DNA of 64,000 nucleotides from Eledone cirrhosa. Lineage: Eukaryota. Made by a program: the position numbers and the translations under genes. The stretch is taken from positions 195,796,001 to 195,860,000 of the forward strand of contig OZ024742.1 of the NCBI GenBank assembly GCA_964016885.1, given 5' to 3'. How positions within the stretch are numbered: position 1 is the stretch's first letter; the number at the start of each line of letters is the position of its first letter. The notes under the pieces were generated by a model. The model did no database searches. It had not been told where the DNA came from and worked only from the letters and a program-made list of their open reading frames with translations. Shown one piece after another: positions 1-14,282 of the stretch.

Positions 1-2498
<2,498 letters not shown>

Positions 2499-2505
2499 AT
2501 ATATA

Positions 2506-2749
2506 CTCAGAGTGCCCCCATAAAGCGTATACACACTTTGATTACTTGTACAGGCATTATTTATTAGAATGCCTGTACAAGTAATCAAAGAGTTCAAATC
2601 CCGCCGAGGTTGACTTTGCCTTTGATCCTTACGGGGTCGATAAAATAAAGTACCAGTAATGAACTGGGTATTTGCTGGCCTTGTGCCTAAAGTAGAAACA
2701 ATTATTTATTAGAATGCTGAACTGTATACATTTTTGAGGGGACACCCTG
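2506..2749. mobile_element. Tc1/mariner-type MITE remnant interrupted by a SINE
   Basis: Ends CAGAGTGCCCCC ... GGGGACACCCTG-TA in a (TA)n context. Confidence 0.5.
2590..2700 (+). mobile_element. 5'-truncated tRNA-derived SINE (SINE-A)
   Basis: GAGTTCAAATCC B-box, core ctttgcctttcatcc..ggggtcgataaaataaagtaccag; 17-bp TSD at 2556-2572 and 2701-2717. Confidence 0.8.
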
Positions 2750-2874
2750 TATATATATATTTATTTATATATAAATACACACACACACACACGCGCACGC
2801 ACACACACACACATATATATGTGTGTGTGTGTACATGCGTGTGTGTGTGTATTTATATATACACACACACACAC

Positions 2875-2912
<38 letters not shown>

Positions 2913-3503
2913 TCACAGCTGAGCTTATCATTTAAAAACAGTGGCTACACATGCATTAAATCCATCTTAGGTTTTCAAATATATGGTGTTGTATGAACAA
3001 ATATTTATTATTTAATTAATCATATGACCAATCAATGCATACTATGCAAATTAGACTTTTTTTTTCAGTTATGTACTGGCTTGTGTTTCATATAAATAGC
3101 GATATGCTCGTAGCAGGCGAAAGGATAAGAGTACTTGCCTTCTTATACACACACACACACACACACACATATTTATATATATTAGTTCATTTTGGTTGAG
3201 TTAGTTTTGAGGCATTTGGTGAGTTATTTTAGCTTTCCTCCGAACCTCCAGCTTTTTTATAGCGATGATTGAACTGACTACCTTTCAAACTACACGTGTT
3301 TTAATTAAAACATGGTTTTGGCTGGTGAAATTAGTCGTCTTCATCACTTTGATATCAACACAAGCCAATTCATTCCAATTCTCTTCTATAGACATATTTA
3401 GCTGAAAGACGATGCCTACTGATAAGGGGGGCGAATTGTCTGAATTTACTGATTAATCATGTTAATTATTGCGGTATAAGCATTATAATTAGATTTACTA
3501 ATT

Positions 3504-3680
3504 ATAATTGTTTCTACTTTTGGCACAAGACCAGTGCATTATTGGTACTTTATTTTATCGACCCCGTAAGGATGAAAGGCAAAGTTAACCTCGGCGGTAT
3601 TTGAACTCAGAACATAACCGGCAATAACTCTATGCTGCAAAGCATGGTATCTGACGCTCTACCTAAACTGCCAATGTAAG
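3504..3680 (-). mobile_element. SINE-A copy
   Basis: Reverse complement of the SINE-A core and tail. Confidence 0.8.
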
Positions 3681-3770
3681 TAAAATTGTGTTTGCCTTAA
3701 ATGTACTTTTGCTTACTATGCTTTGTTTCACTAAATATAGACATTATTATACCCCAATAATGTCAATAAA

Positions 3771-3885
3771 GGTGGGATTGGCAGTATCGGTAGAGAGTCG
3801 GACGCCATGCTTTGACGCATAGTTACAGCCCTTGCCATTCTGAGTTCAAATCCCGCCGAGGTTAACTTTGCCTTTCATCCTTACA
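3771..3885 (+). mobile_element. SINE-A 5' part (A/B boxes), truncated by the following PLE
   Basis: TGGCAGTATCGG ... GAGTTCAAATCCCG. Confidence 0.8.
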
Positions 3886-3886
3886 G

Positions 3887-5988
3887 CCCCTTTAAGATCC
3901 CATACCAGCCCCTTGGGATCTTAAAAGGGCTGGTATGCCATATAGCCTTAATTGGCGTATAGTAGCACGCTCTAATAACCTATCAACACACACTAAATTC
4001 TGTAATCTCTGTATTCTAGAGACCCACTCTATAATTTTCTCTAGGAAAGTTTTGCTTAATAGAAAGTCTGAGATATTTTCTTCCTGCCCCCATGCCATTT
4101 CTAATTCTTTCTTCTATTATAGACCTAAAAGTTCTGGTAGTTTAAATCGTATCCATTAGCTGCTATATTTCCTTATCTTTTTTGTTTAGGTTCATTTTGA
4201 TTACCATCATCTTTATTATTATTAGTTTTTTACAGCTTTTCGATTTTAGTTTCCATAGTCTTTTGGCTACCATACCCTATCTATCTTCTTAAGCATTATT
4301 ATAGTTTCACTACTAACACCTTATGAGTTTATATCTTATTAAATACTTTGTTTGAAGTCTCATTCAACTAATGAACATCCTCCTCTACACACTTAATATC
4401 CGCCCCTTCTATTATACTATATATAAATTTCACCTTTATGCTCCTTTTATGATATTATATAATATATTGATTTTACTTTTATGCTCCTTCCTATCCTCCA
4501 TAACCTCTCTTCTTTCTGTTCCCATTGGTCTACCATAGTTCTATTTAGAGTCCTTTTATTTGATAACGTTATTCGACTGAACGGAGCATATTTTACTATA
4601 TTCTTGATAATTTTACTGAAATATCTTAAACTTATACGTTTTTGATGACTTAAACTCTAGCCAATTTTGAAGTGACTAAATATGTATTTTAAATATTTTT
4701 AATATTAATTAATTTAAAAAGGTTTTCTAGTCAATTCTCCGGTTTACATTTCTATCTTTTTTTCTTTTACTTAACCGCATTGTGACACCTAAGTAAATAT
4801 ACTTGTTTTGGTTTTTCGGTCTTCGGTTTATTTTATTTATTTTTTTACTACCACACGCTGTCTGTCGGATTCATGTAATTTCATTAATATATGTCTATGT
4901 ATGTCAACCACGTAAATATATATATTAAGCATTTCCTTAGACTCTGTTTGATATTTGATATTAACGTTGTTATATCATATCATTTTTATGTAATCGTATT
5001 ATAGATTTTAATATATGTCTGTTATTTGAAGTACTGTTCTGTTATATTTTGTAATATTTTGTGATATTTTGGTAATATTTATGCCAATGTAAAATGACTT
5101 GACCTCCGTGTATTTGTTACAATGGTATAGATATTTTTTCAACACAATTTTTTCAACACAATTTAGTTCTATATGATTTTTTTCTTACCCTGTGTAAAAC
5201 TTTATACTATTTGTTAACCTTGAATTATATATATGATGTAATTTTGTATATCTTCTGATGCCAATATATTATGATATTGCTATTATAATGTTATTATAAT
5301 GTTTTTATATTGTTTATGCACACTGACAGGGAATTATATATTATATTTTATTTTTATTTTTATCTTTATTCTTATTTTTATCTTTATTTTATTATTATAT
5401 TATACTGTAAACAATATATATATATATATTTAAATACTTAATAAGCGTTAGTTTTTGTTTGTACTAATGTGTATATGTATAGATATATATATATATACAT
5501 ATATTAAGCTTTTTATTATCACCATCTATTATACTATATTATATTCTATATCGTACTGTAATTCTCGCATTATATTACCATTTGTGTTTCAAGTTTTTGC
5601 ATTATACAATATTTGCAATGTGGGTTCAACATGTTAATCACTTCCTTGCTATTTGGTCTATATCTATGTTTGTAACTGCTCACTCTTAATTTTAGCCAAC
5701 ATTTCCTTGATATCCTTCCTGGGCTTTAATAGATGTATACTCCATATTCTTCTGAGTTTTTGGCTTGTATTTGGCCGATAGTGCTTCTTATAGCTTTAAT
5801 TGCCCTGATGAGTCCTTAATAGGACGAAACATTGTTGGCTAATAAAGACTTTTGATGTATTGAAGGCTTCTTTGGTTTATTTTTTATAATTCTTCGGCTC
5901 TGTTTAATTACATTGAGCTATATCTTATACTGTCATTTCTATAATATGAAGAGGGTGTTTAACTCCAACACACTCTAGTATTTTAATT

Positions 5989-5990
<2 letters not shown>
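3887..5990 (+). mobile_element. 5'-truncated Penelope-like element (Naiad-like): GIY-YIG C-terminus, ~1.7-kb AT-rich 3' region and HHR
   Basis: ORF 3935-4159 has CNLCILE...LLNRKSE...CPH; small inverted duplication at 3887-3938; HHR at 5794-5847; ends at (TA)n. Confidence 0.75.
5794..5847 (+). ncRNA. Type-I hammerhead ribozyme
   Basis: ctttaattgcc-CTGATGA-GTCCT/taat/AGGAC-GAAAC-att-GTT-ggctaataaag. Confidence 0.85.
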
Positions 5991-6028
<38 letters not shown>

Positions 6029-6140
6029 TCACATGACCAATCAATGCATGCTATGCAAATTTTTCGGTTATGTTCTGGTTTGTGTTTCATATAAATAGTG
6101 ATATGCTCTTAGCAGGCGGAACATACATACATACATGATA

Positions 6141-6480
6141 TGATGGCTGCCCTCTAGTTATCCTGTATGGTCATTGCACTATATACCATTATTAATAATT
6201 ATTAATTAATTCCATCGCGCAATGCCTGTGCGTGAAGATATTTTTTAAAGTGAAGAAAGACTATGCACTCAGCCAATCCCACTCTCTGAGCGACAGTAGC
6301 TATAACCCGAAAAGAAGAAAAGATCAACATCCTCGGTAACTACTGAGCCGCAGGTTTTATATCGGAGTTATCCCAGTTTCCTGAGTTGCTTTTCCTAGAA
6401 GAATGTCCTGACAAAGGCTAGGGGTCCTTTACTCCCGGTGGTTTAACCGCGCGATCGCGTGTCCAGTCCGACTATTTCTA
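6141..6480. mobile_element. Non-coding element NA-A embedded in (CATA)n
   Basis: Closely similar copy at 63225-63563 and partial copy at 63893-63935; (CATA)n flanks. Confidence 0.7.
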
Positions 6481-6554
6481 CATACATACATACATACATA
6501 CATACATACATACATACATACATACATACATACATACATACATACATACATACA

Positions 6555-7087
6555 TGGTGGCTGCCAACTCGTTTTTGAGTATGGTCACTACTTTACATCC
6601 ATGTAGGAGAACCCCTACCGATGCGCTGAACGAGTGTTATTTTTTAGTCCAGCCAGCGACTTGAAAACTCTGGTACAAACACTACACCTGTGACAATTAT
6701 TGACACATCCTGCTGGGCCCATGGTACCATGTGACGACAAGTTCAGAGAGATCTCCAGATATAAAGCAATGTCTGTGCCGTGAAGCTTTTATAGTGAGCA
6801 AAGGCACTGCACAAAGCCAGTCTCACTCTCTTAACCAAGATGATATTTACCAAATGGAAGAACAAGTCAACATCATTGGATACCATCAGGGTTGCAGGTG
6901 TTATATCAGAGTTTTCCTTCTCCTAGAATTCTGCCTTGACAAAGGCTAAGGGGTCATCTCTCCCGCTGATTTTGGATGGCCATTGACTCTTAAGAGCTCC
7001 TTTGCCCTTTGACAGGTTTTGTTTTTAGTCCTGCAGGACGTCTAAAGTCACCCTCCTCACCAAGAAACCTTGGTGAGGAGGGTGACA
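6555..7087. mobile_element. Non-coding element NA-B embedded in (CATA)n
   Basis: Copy at 57845-58453 and partial copy at 63643-63835; (CATA)n on both sides. Confidence 0.7.
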
Positions 7088-7182
7088 TACATACATACAT
7101 ACACGATATTACATTACCTTATATAAGGCTACCATCTGCTTTCATACTAGGTGCCGATTGATTTATTAGACATAATAATTAC

Positions 7183-7324
7183 CTGTCCACCGTTAGTTGT
7201 GCTGAAAATACGGTTTGTTCCCCCACATCTCTGTATATAGTTGAGGAACCAGAGCAAGGAACATTCATAAGGTTCACATGTAATGTTCACATTTAGAAAC
7301 AGCTCAGCTAAACTACGACAGCCT
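7183..7324 (-). CDS. MAO: MAO exon, equivalent to MAOA exon 6
   Basis: ttttccag|A...CAG|gtaatt; 142 nt, phase-compatible with the previous exon; GCRSLAELFLNVNITCEPYECSLLWFLNYIQRCGGTNRIFSTTNGGQ. Confidence 0.95.
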
Positions 7325-7360
7325 CTGGAAAACAAACATCAAAAATATAGATAGTAACAC

Positions 7361-7552
7361 AATAATTGTTTCTACTTTAGGCACAAGGCCAGCAATTACC
7401 CCCAGTACATTACTGGTACTTTATTTTATCGACCCCGTAAAGATGAAAGGCAACGATAACCTCGGCAGGATTTGAACTCAGACCGTAAAGGGACGTAACT
7501 ATGCTGGAAAGCATGGCGTCCGACTCTCCACCAATACTGCCAATCCACCGCC
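7361..7552 (-). mobile_element. SINE-A copy with probable TSD (tagatagtaa.acaataat)
   Basis: Full reverse-complement SINE-A; similar flanks at 7348 and 7554. Confidence 0.8.
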
Positions 7553-7676
7553 TAGATAGTAATACAATAATATTACCATGTCTGTTTATGGGTGTGCATG
7601 TGTGTGTGTGTGTGTGTGCATGTGTGTGTGTGTATGCGCGTGTGTGCGTGTGTGTGAGTGTACGTTGATTACTTAC

Positions 7677-7768
7677 TTTGTCCAGACGACTTTATCGTAA
7701 AAATCTCTCAAACTCATTGTATCCCATTCACGTGCTTTTGGAGCTTTCCATGGTTCTGACACTGGGAT
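7677..7768 (-). CDS. MAO: MAO exon, equivalent to MAOA exon 5
   Basis: gattacag|ATC...AA|gtaagt; 92 nt; IPVSEPWKAPKAREWDTMSLRDFYDKVVWT(K). Confidence 0.95.
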
Positions 7769-7993
7769 CTGTAATCAAAATAGAAATACATATATATCAG
7801 AATGTCTTCACGAACCAAAGTATCGTCTTCCTGTTTTCCTTCAGTTGTAAAGTTTTTTGAAATATTCACTTCTGCGTCCACAGATTGATTTTTCTGTTTC
7901 AGAAGACCCCGTTAAAGGTAAAAGCAGCGATTCTTTGCTTAAACTTTAAACTGTACAAATAATAAATATTTGCTCTACGGGTTTTATATATAT

Positions 7994-8072
<79 letters not shown>

Positions 8073-8077
<5 letters not shown>

Positions 8078-8329
8078 TTAAAATACCGTCACATATAGAA
8101 CAAGTCTACAATCAACCATACGAAAAAAATCGATAATAGAAGATTCGGGACAAACAGATAAAAAATATCAATAAAACAATACATCAATAATTTAAATGCA
8201 TTCATTTAAATTATTGATGTATTGTTTTATTGATATTTTTTATCTGTTTGTCCCGAATCTTCTATTATCGATTTTTTTCGTATGGTTGATTGTAGACTTG
8301 TTCTATATGTGACGGTATTTTAACGATAG
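8073..8329. repeat. Near-perfect ~125-bp fold-back palindrome within a (TA)n-flanked insert
   Basis: Arms 8073-8199 and 8204-8329. Confidence 0.9.
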
Positions 8330-8425
8330 TTATAGCTCTGATTCATCTGAATTATTGAGCCCTCTGCCGCTCATTTCGAATATTGTTTATCGTGAACTCG
8401 TGCGCCGATTTTTCGATACTCGATC

Positions 8426-8486
<61 letters not shown>

Positions 8487-8492
<6 letters not shown>

Positions 8493-8672
8493 TTTCTACT
8501 TTAGGCACAGGCCAGCAATTAGCCAGTGCATTACTGGTACTTTATTTTATAGACCCCGTAAGGATGAAAGGCAAAGTCAACCTCGGCGGGATTTGAACTC
8601 AGATCGTAAAGGGACGTAACTATGCTGAAAAGCATGGTGTCTGACCCTCTACCGATACTGCCAATCCACCGC
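8487..8672 (-). mobile_element. SINE-A copy
   Basis: Reverse-complement SINE-A core. Confidence 0.8.
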
Positions 8673-8795
8673 ATATTACTCTTTTACTCTTTTACCTGTT
8701 TCAGCCATCCGGCTGAGGCCATGCTGGGGCACCGCCCTTGATATATAATACTTAACGAGCCCTCTTCGTATTTTAGTCTTCATAATTATTATTAC

Positions 8796-8870
<75 letters not shown>

Positions 8871-9513
8871 TGCTACCAGGGCGGTAATGTAGGCAATAAT
8901 GTAGATCTACTAATAACGTATTAAGAGTTTGATTCATCCATGCATTACCATTGGTTTCTGGTTGCACATTTTTTAAGGGATCCACTTTCTTGGTTCAGGT
9001 TATGTTGTATATTTGAATGATTAGTGACGAGAGTTCTCTCCGGTTTAACTGCATTTGTGAGTTTATGTTACTTAAAGAACTATAATTAGAGTGTAGAGAA
9101 TTTAGGGGAGATAACTCATCATTTATATATGTGGTGCTGATGCTACGGCGTTCAGGGAAGATCACTCTAAGGTTGTTATCAAGCTTAGAATTCTAAACTA
9201 CCCAGTAAAGGATTATGAGAAGGATATCAGACTGAATTTTCATCTATGTAAACACGTGAGGCCCGTCGACTAATATGCTTAGCATGTTGGACTTTGAATC
9301 GTAATGTCGTAGGTTCGATTCTTAGACAGGGTGTAATGTAGTGTTCTTGAACAAAACACATAATTTCACGTCATCAGTCCATTCAGCTAGAAGTAAGTAC
9401 CAGCTGGCATCCAGCTAGCATCCTGCTTATATTCTGTTATGTGACGCCAATAAAATCACGATAAGCTTGGGCCTCGGGAATTTCAATTTTTAGAACGTTT
9501 GTGTACATATATA

Positions 9514-9592
<79 letters not shown>

Positions 9593-9598
<6 letters not shown>

Positions 9599-9896
9599 AT
9601 ACTTTGCTTTGTGAGGGTCATGTTGCCAATAAGAAACACACGCACCAGTTGCTTTCACTTCAATTTATTATAAATTAAATTTATAAATTTAGGAATTTCC
9701 GGTTGGAACAATCATCTGGTTGTGGAACCAACCAACCAACCGGAAATTTATAAATTTAATTTATAATAAATTGAAGTGAAAGCAACTGGTGCGTGTGTTT
9801 CTTATTGGCAACATCACCCTCCCAAAGTATAACAATATCGGTTTCAACACACGTTTTCAGATAAAGAATCTTGCTAAACAAATTCAGAAACGAAAT
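9593..9896. mobile_element. Fold-back fragment of the PLE-1 3' tail in (TA)n
   Basis: Both arms match 31720-31905 in opposite orientations. Confidence 0.85.
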
Positions 9897-10177
9897 ATAT
9901 ATATATATATATATAACTGAACAAAAAGGAAAAACGAACACAGACATATATATATGTGTGTTAAAATCGAAATGGACCAAAAATCGCTAAGGTGAAAAAA
10001 GTACTAACTACAGACAATAGGGTTTGCTAGACTCAATTTAAGAATAAATTAAGAAAAATAAATACAAACCAGTATTGTGGTAACTACCATCACCCAGACG
10101 GTCTTTGATAGAACCGTTTCGCAATATTATTTGCGAAATTGTCTGTAGTTAGTATTTTTTTCACCTTAGCGATTTGA

Positions 10178-10244
<67 letters not shown>

Positions 10245-10355
10245 TGTGTTCGTTTTTCCTTTTTGTTCAGTTATATACGGCTCGGAAAAATCTTTTTCCT
10301 AGAGCTAATTTACTGTAATGAGACTATTTTGAGTTTCTAACTCAATACATGGTTT

Positions 10356-10443
<88 letters not shown>

Positions 10444-10630
10444 GAGGTAACAAATTATTGTTATATGTAGTCCACTTAGGTGTAGTCCAGTTATGGTACT
10501 CCGGGTAGTGGATGATATCAACGCTTGGCTAAGTTTGACTCAACAAGGCGTTTCCATAGTGATGCTGCGAGTACGCTGTAATTCCTATGTTGTAAACACT
10601 TGGAGCAAACCGTGTCACTCTTCTTTCCTG

Positions 10631-10683
<53 letters not shown>

Positions 10684-10722
10684 TAAATATATCACAACTC
10701 GTGTGTCACACCTCTATTTTTT

Positions 10723-10792
<70 letters not shown>

Positions 10793-11229
10793 TCAACACA
10801 CGTTTTCAGATAATAAGAAATCTTGCATAACACATTCAAAACCGTTCTCAACACATGCATACAAACATGGATACAATTACAGTGATTTCTTAACACAGCA
10901 AATATTTCTACACATGCAAATATATACATATATACATCTACATACCTCTATAAACATTTACGTATATATAGACACACATGTACATCTGACACACAAACAC
11001 ACACAGATTTATGTGTGTGTTTGGTGGGGGAGAACATTTCAAAAATCGCTACGGAATTGAAATTGAACAACACATGCATACAAACATGTACAGCGATTTC
11101 TTAACACAGCAAATATTTCTACACATGCAAATATATACATATATACATCTACATACCTATATAAACAGTTACGTATATATAGACACACATTTAACATACA
11201 TGTACATCTAACACATACATATATATATA

Positions 11230-12566
11230 AGAAGTGGATCAACAAGACAATAGAGGTAGTTAGAGTGAGTAATAAAATAATTAAGATTAGATTAGTTGTA
11301 GGCAATAGAGTGATGGCAATAATCTCTACCTGTGCTCCCCAAGCGAGCCTAGATAAAGAAGAGAAGGGCTGCTTTTAAGAGCAACTTCTAGAGACAACCA
11401 TAATGACAGAGAACAGAGACCTAGTTTTACTAGTAGGTGACTTCAGTGGTCATGCTGGACAACTCCAGGATGGATACACTGGGGTACATGGTGGTCATGG
11501 TTATGGCTCAAGAAACGAAGGAGTGAGGCTTCTTGAATTTTGTGATGCAAGTGAGCTAACCATTTAAAACTCTAACTTCAAGAAACCAGCCAACCACCTA
11601 ATAACCTACCAATCAGGCGAGCACATATAGGATCAAAGAGGCATTATGGAAATGAAAAGTGGTAAGGTCGCTGGACCGTCAGGGATAGTTGCTGAGATGT
11701 TGAAGGCACCAGGCAAAGTAGGAACTAAACTGGTTGCACGCATGTTCGATGTGTAGAAAAGGAGTTGGCATAAACTCTATAGAATGTACACAATGCAGAT
11801 CTTCGGAACACAACAGGTGTAGTGGGATAGCAGGCTAACTAACAGGAAAGGAAAACTTCATATGCAGATGTTCAGGGAAACTTGGTAGTAGAAGTGTAAG
11901 TGATAGGCACATTTTTCAAATGCAGGTAGGATCTATAGAGGTGGTTAATAGCTTCCGATACCTAGGTGTTCAGATAAGCAAGGGGTGAGGCTGCTCCGAG
12001 GCCATAGTATCTAGAAAAGGGATATGATGGAAGAAGTTTAGGGAGCTGCTTCCTCTGTTGACAAAGAAGGGTTTCTCCCTACGAACGAAAGGTCGGTTAT
12101 ATGATACCTGTGTGAGATGCGCGATGCTGCATGGCAGTGAGATATAGACAGCAACTGAGGAAGATATGCGACGGCTGGAGAGAAATGAAGAAAGCATGTT
12201 CCGATGGATGTGCAATGTCAATGTGCGTGAACGACCAAGCATAGACGAGTTGAGAATGAAACTGTAAATTAGAGGGATAAATTGTAGTGTGCAAAAGTTA
12301 AGATTGCGTTGGCATGGCCATGTGATGCGCATGGAAGATGACCGGTGGGTGAAGATGTGCCAAGAAATCCCGGTGGAAGGGAGACGCAGTAGAGGAAAAC
12401 CACGAAACATATGGGTGGAGGTGGTGAGAGCAGACCTCAGATCGTTCAAGTTCACAGAGGAGATGACGAAGGACCGTGACGAATGGGGAGATGATGTGCT
12501 GAAAAGGACCCGTGCCACCCTTTCAAGCAGGGAAAAGCGGACGTAAAATGATGATGATGATGATGA
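11230..12566 (+). pseudogene. Degenerate RTE-clade LINE (APE and RT remnants, (ATG)n tail)
   Basis: LVGDFSGH-like APE remnant; C-terminal RLRWHGHVMRMEDDRWVK..GRRSRGKPR..W; tail gaaaagcggacgtaaa(atg)n. Confidence 0.85.
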
Positions 12567-12675
12567 TATATATATATATATATATGAACACGTGCACGCA
12601 CACACGCACGCACGCCCCCCCCCCCCCAACACACACACACACATTCACACTCACACACACACACACACACACATT

Positions 12676-12758
<83 letters not shown>

Positions 12759-12984
12759 AATTAGGATTGGTGCTCTGAAATAGCGATGTATACATGAATG
12801 TATGTATAGTATATTTGGCAATATACCGTATGTTTAATTGAAAACATTTAGAAGACCATACGCTATTAGTTTTAAATTAGTGACTATGGCACTTACTTAT
12901 TTTCGACGAAATAAGTGATAGCGTATGGTCTTCTAAATGTTTTTAATTAAACATACAGTATATTGCCAAATATACTATACATAC

Positions 12985-13165
<181 letters not shown>

Positions 13166-13311
13166 ATAGACAGACACAATAATAAAATACAATTAATTTT
13201 TTGTAAGTAGGTTCGCTAGAACATTTAGCGGCCATTGTGGTCGATAATGGGTACACACCAGAGATATAAATAAAAAAAAACGTAAATAAATAATAAATAA
13301 ACCTTACACAC

Positions 13312-13413
13312 CTCCTCCGCCATTTTGTCTATCAGTCTGAACAGGTTGTTGGCATCTAACCAGGCGAGGAAATTCATCTTGGGGAATGTGCCTCGGAACC
13401 TACGCATACGTCC
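13312..13413 (-). CDS. MAO: MAO exon, equivalent to MAOA exon 4
   Basis: ttttcag|GGA...GAG|gtgtgt; 102 nt; GRMRRFRGTFPKMNFLAWLDANNLFRLIDKMAEE aligns to MAO GKxxPFRGxFPxxWNPxxxLDxNNxWRTxDxMGxE. Confidence 0.9.
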
Positions 13414-13501
13414 CTGAAAAGTAAAGTAAAATTGAAAATATGTTTATCGTTCAACAAATCGCTTACGTTATAGCAAATGTTTTATAAAATACGCGCGCGC
13501 G

Positions 13502-13603
<102 letters not shown>

Positions 13604-13830
13604 ATATGTGGTTCAGTATATTCGTGGTTCACTGAGGAAAGTAGCAAAATCACCATTCTATGCTATGGTAAAGTGTATATATTAAAAACAAAGCGAGGTT
13701 TCACATCAATTTCTTTATTGATTATACACAGTTACGACCGTTTCACAGATGAGTGGCTCAAGATCAATGTAAAAGCTATAGACCCGCTCCAGACCGATCA
13801 AGCAAAGCCAAAATCTCATCATTGTTTTTA

Positions 13831-13949
<119 letters not shown>

Positions 13950-14047
13950 TGTTAGGTAATTCCGAAGAAAAAGCAAAAGAAAAAAGAGTACTCTATATAT
14001 AGAACAGAGCTATTTAATTAGAAAGTGAACAACACAATATATAACTA

Positions 14048-14114
14048 CTCCATTACCAAAGGTTTCAGGACCCTAGACAATATTAATATACGTCTAGATC
14101 GTTCATCAGACAGA
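14048..14114 (-). ncRNA. Hammerhead ribozyme in a fold-back insert (stem-II-deleted mirror copy at 14115-14156, +)
   Basis: tctgt-CTGATGA-long stem II-GAAACC-ttt-GGTA-atggag. Confidence 0.75.
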
Positions 14115-14223
14115 CTCTGTCTGATGAATGATGTCCTGAAACATTTGGTAATGGAGTAGTTATATATTGTGTTGTTCACTTTCCAATTAAATATATATAT
14201 ATATATATATAAGTGGAAATAAT

Positions 14224-14279
<56 letters not shown>

Positions 14280-14282
<3 letters not shown>

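Noticed and set aside
3016-6119. ~100-bp direct repeat (3016-3119 and 6025-6119) as LTRs
   Set aside because: No TG..CA ends, PBS or PPT; more likely two copies of a dispersed repeat or a local duplication
13303-13311. Alternative MAO donor AAG|gtttat adding VCK
   Set aside because: Homology places the exon end at ...MAEE (GAG|gtgtgt); the in-frame alternative cannot be excluded without RNA data
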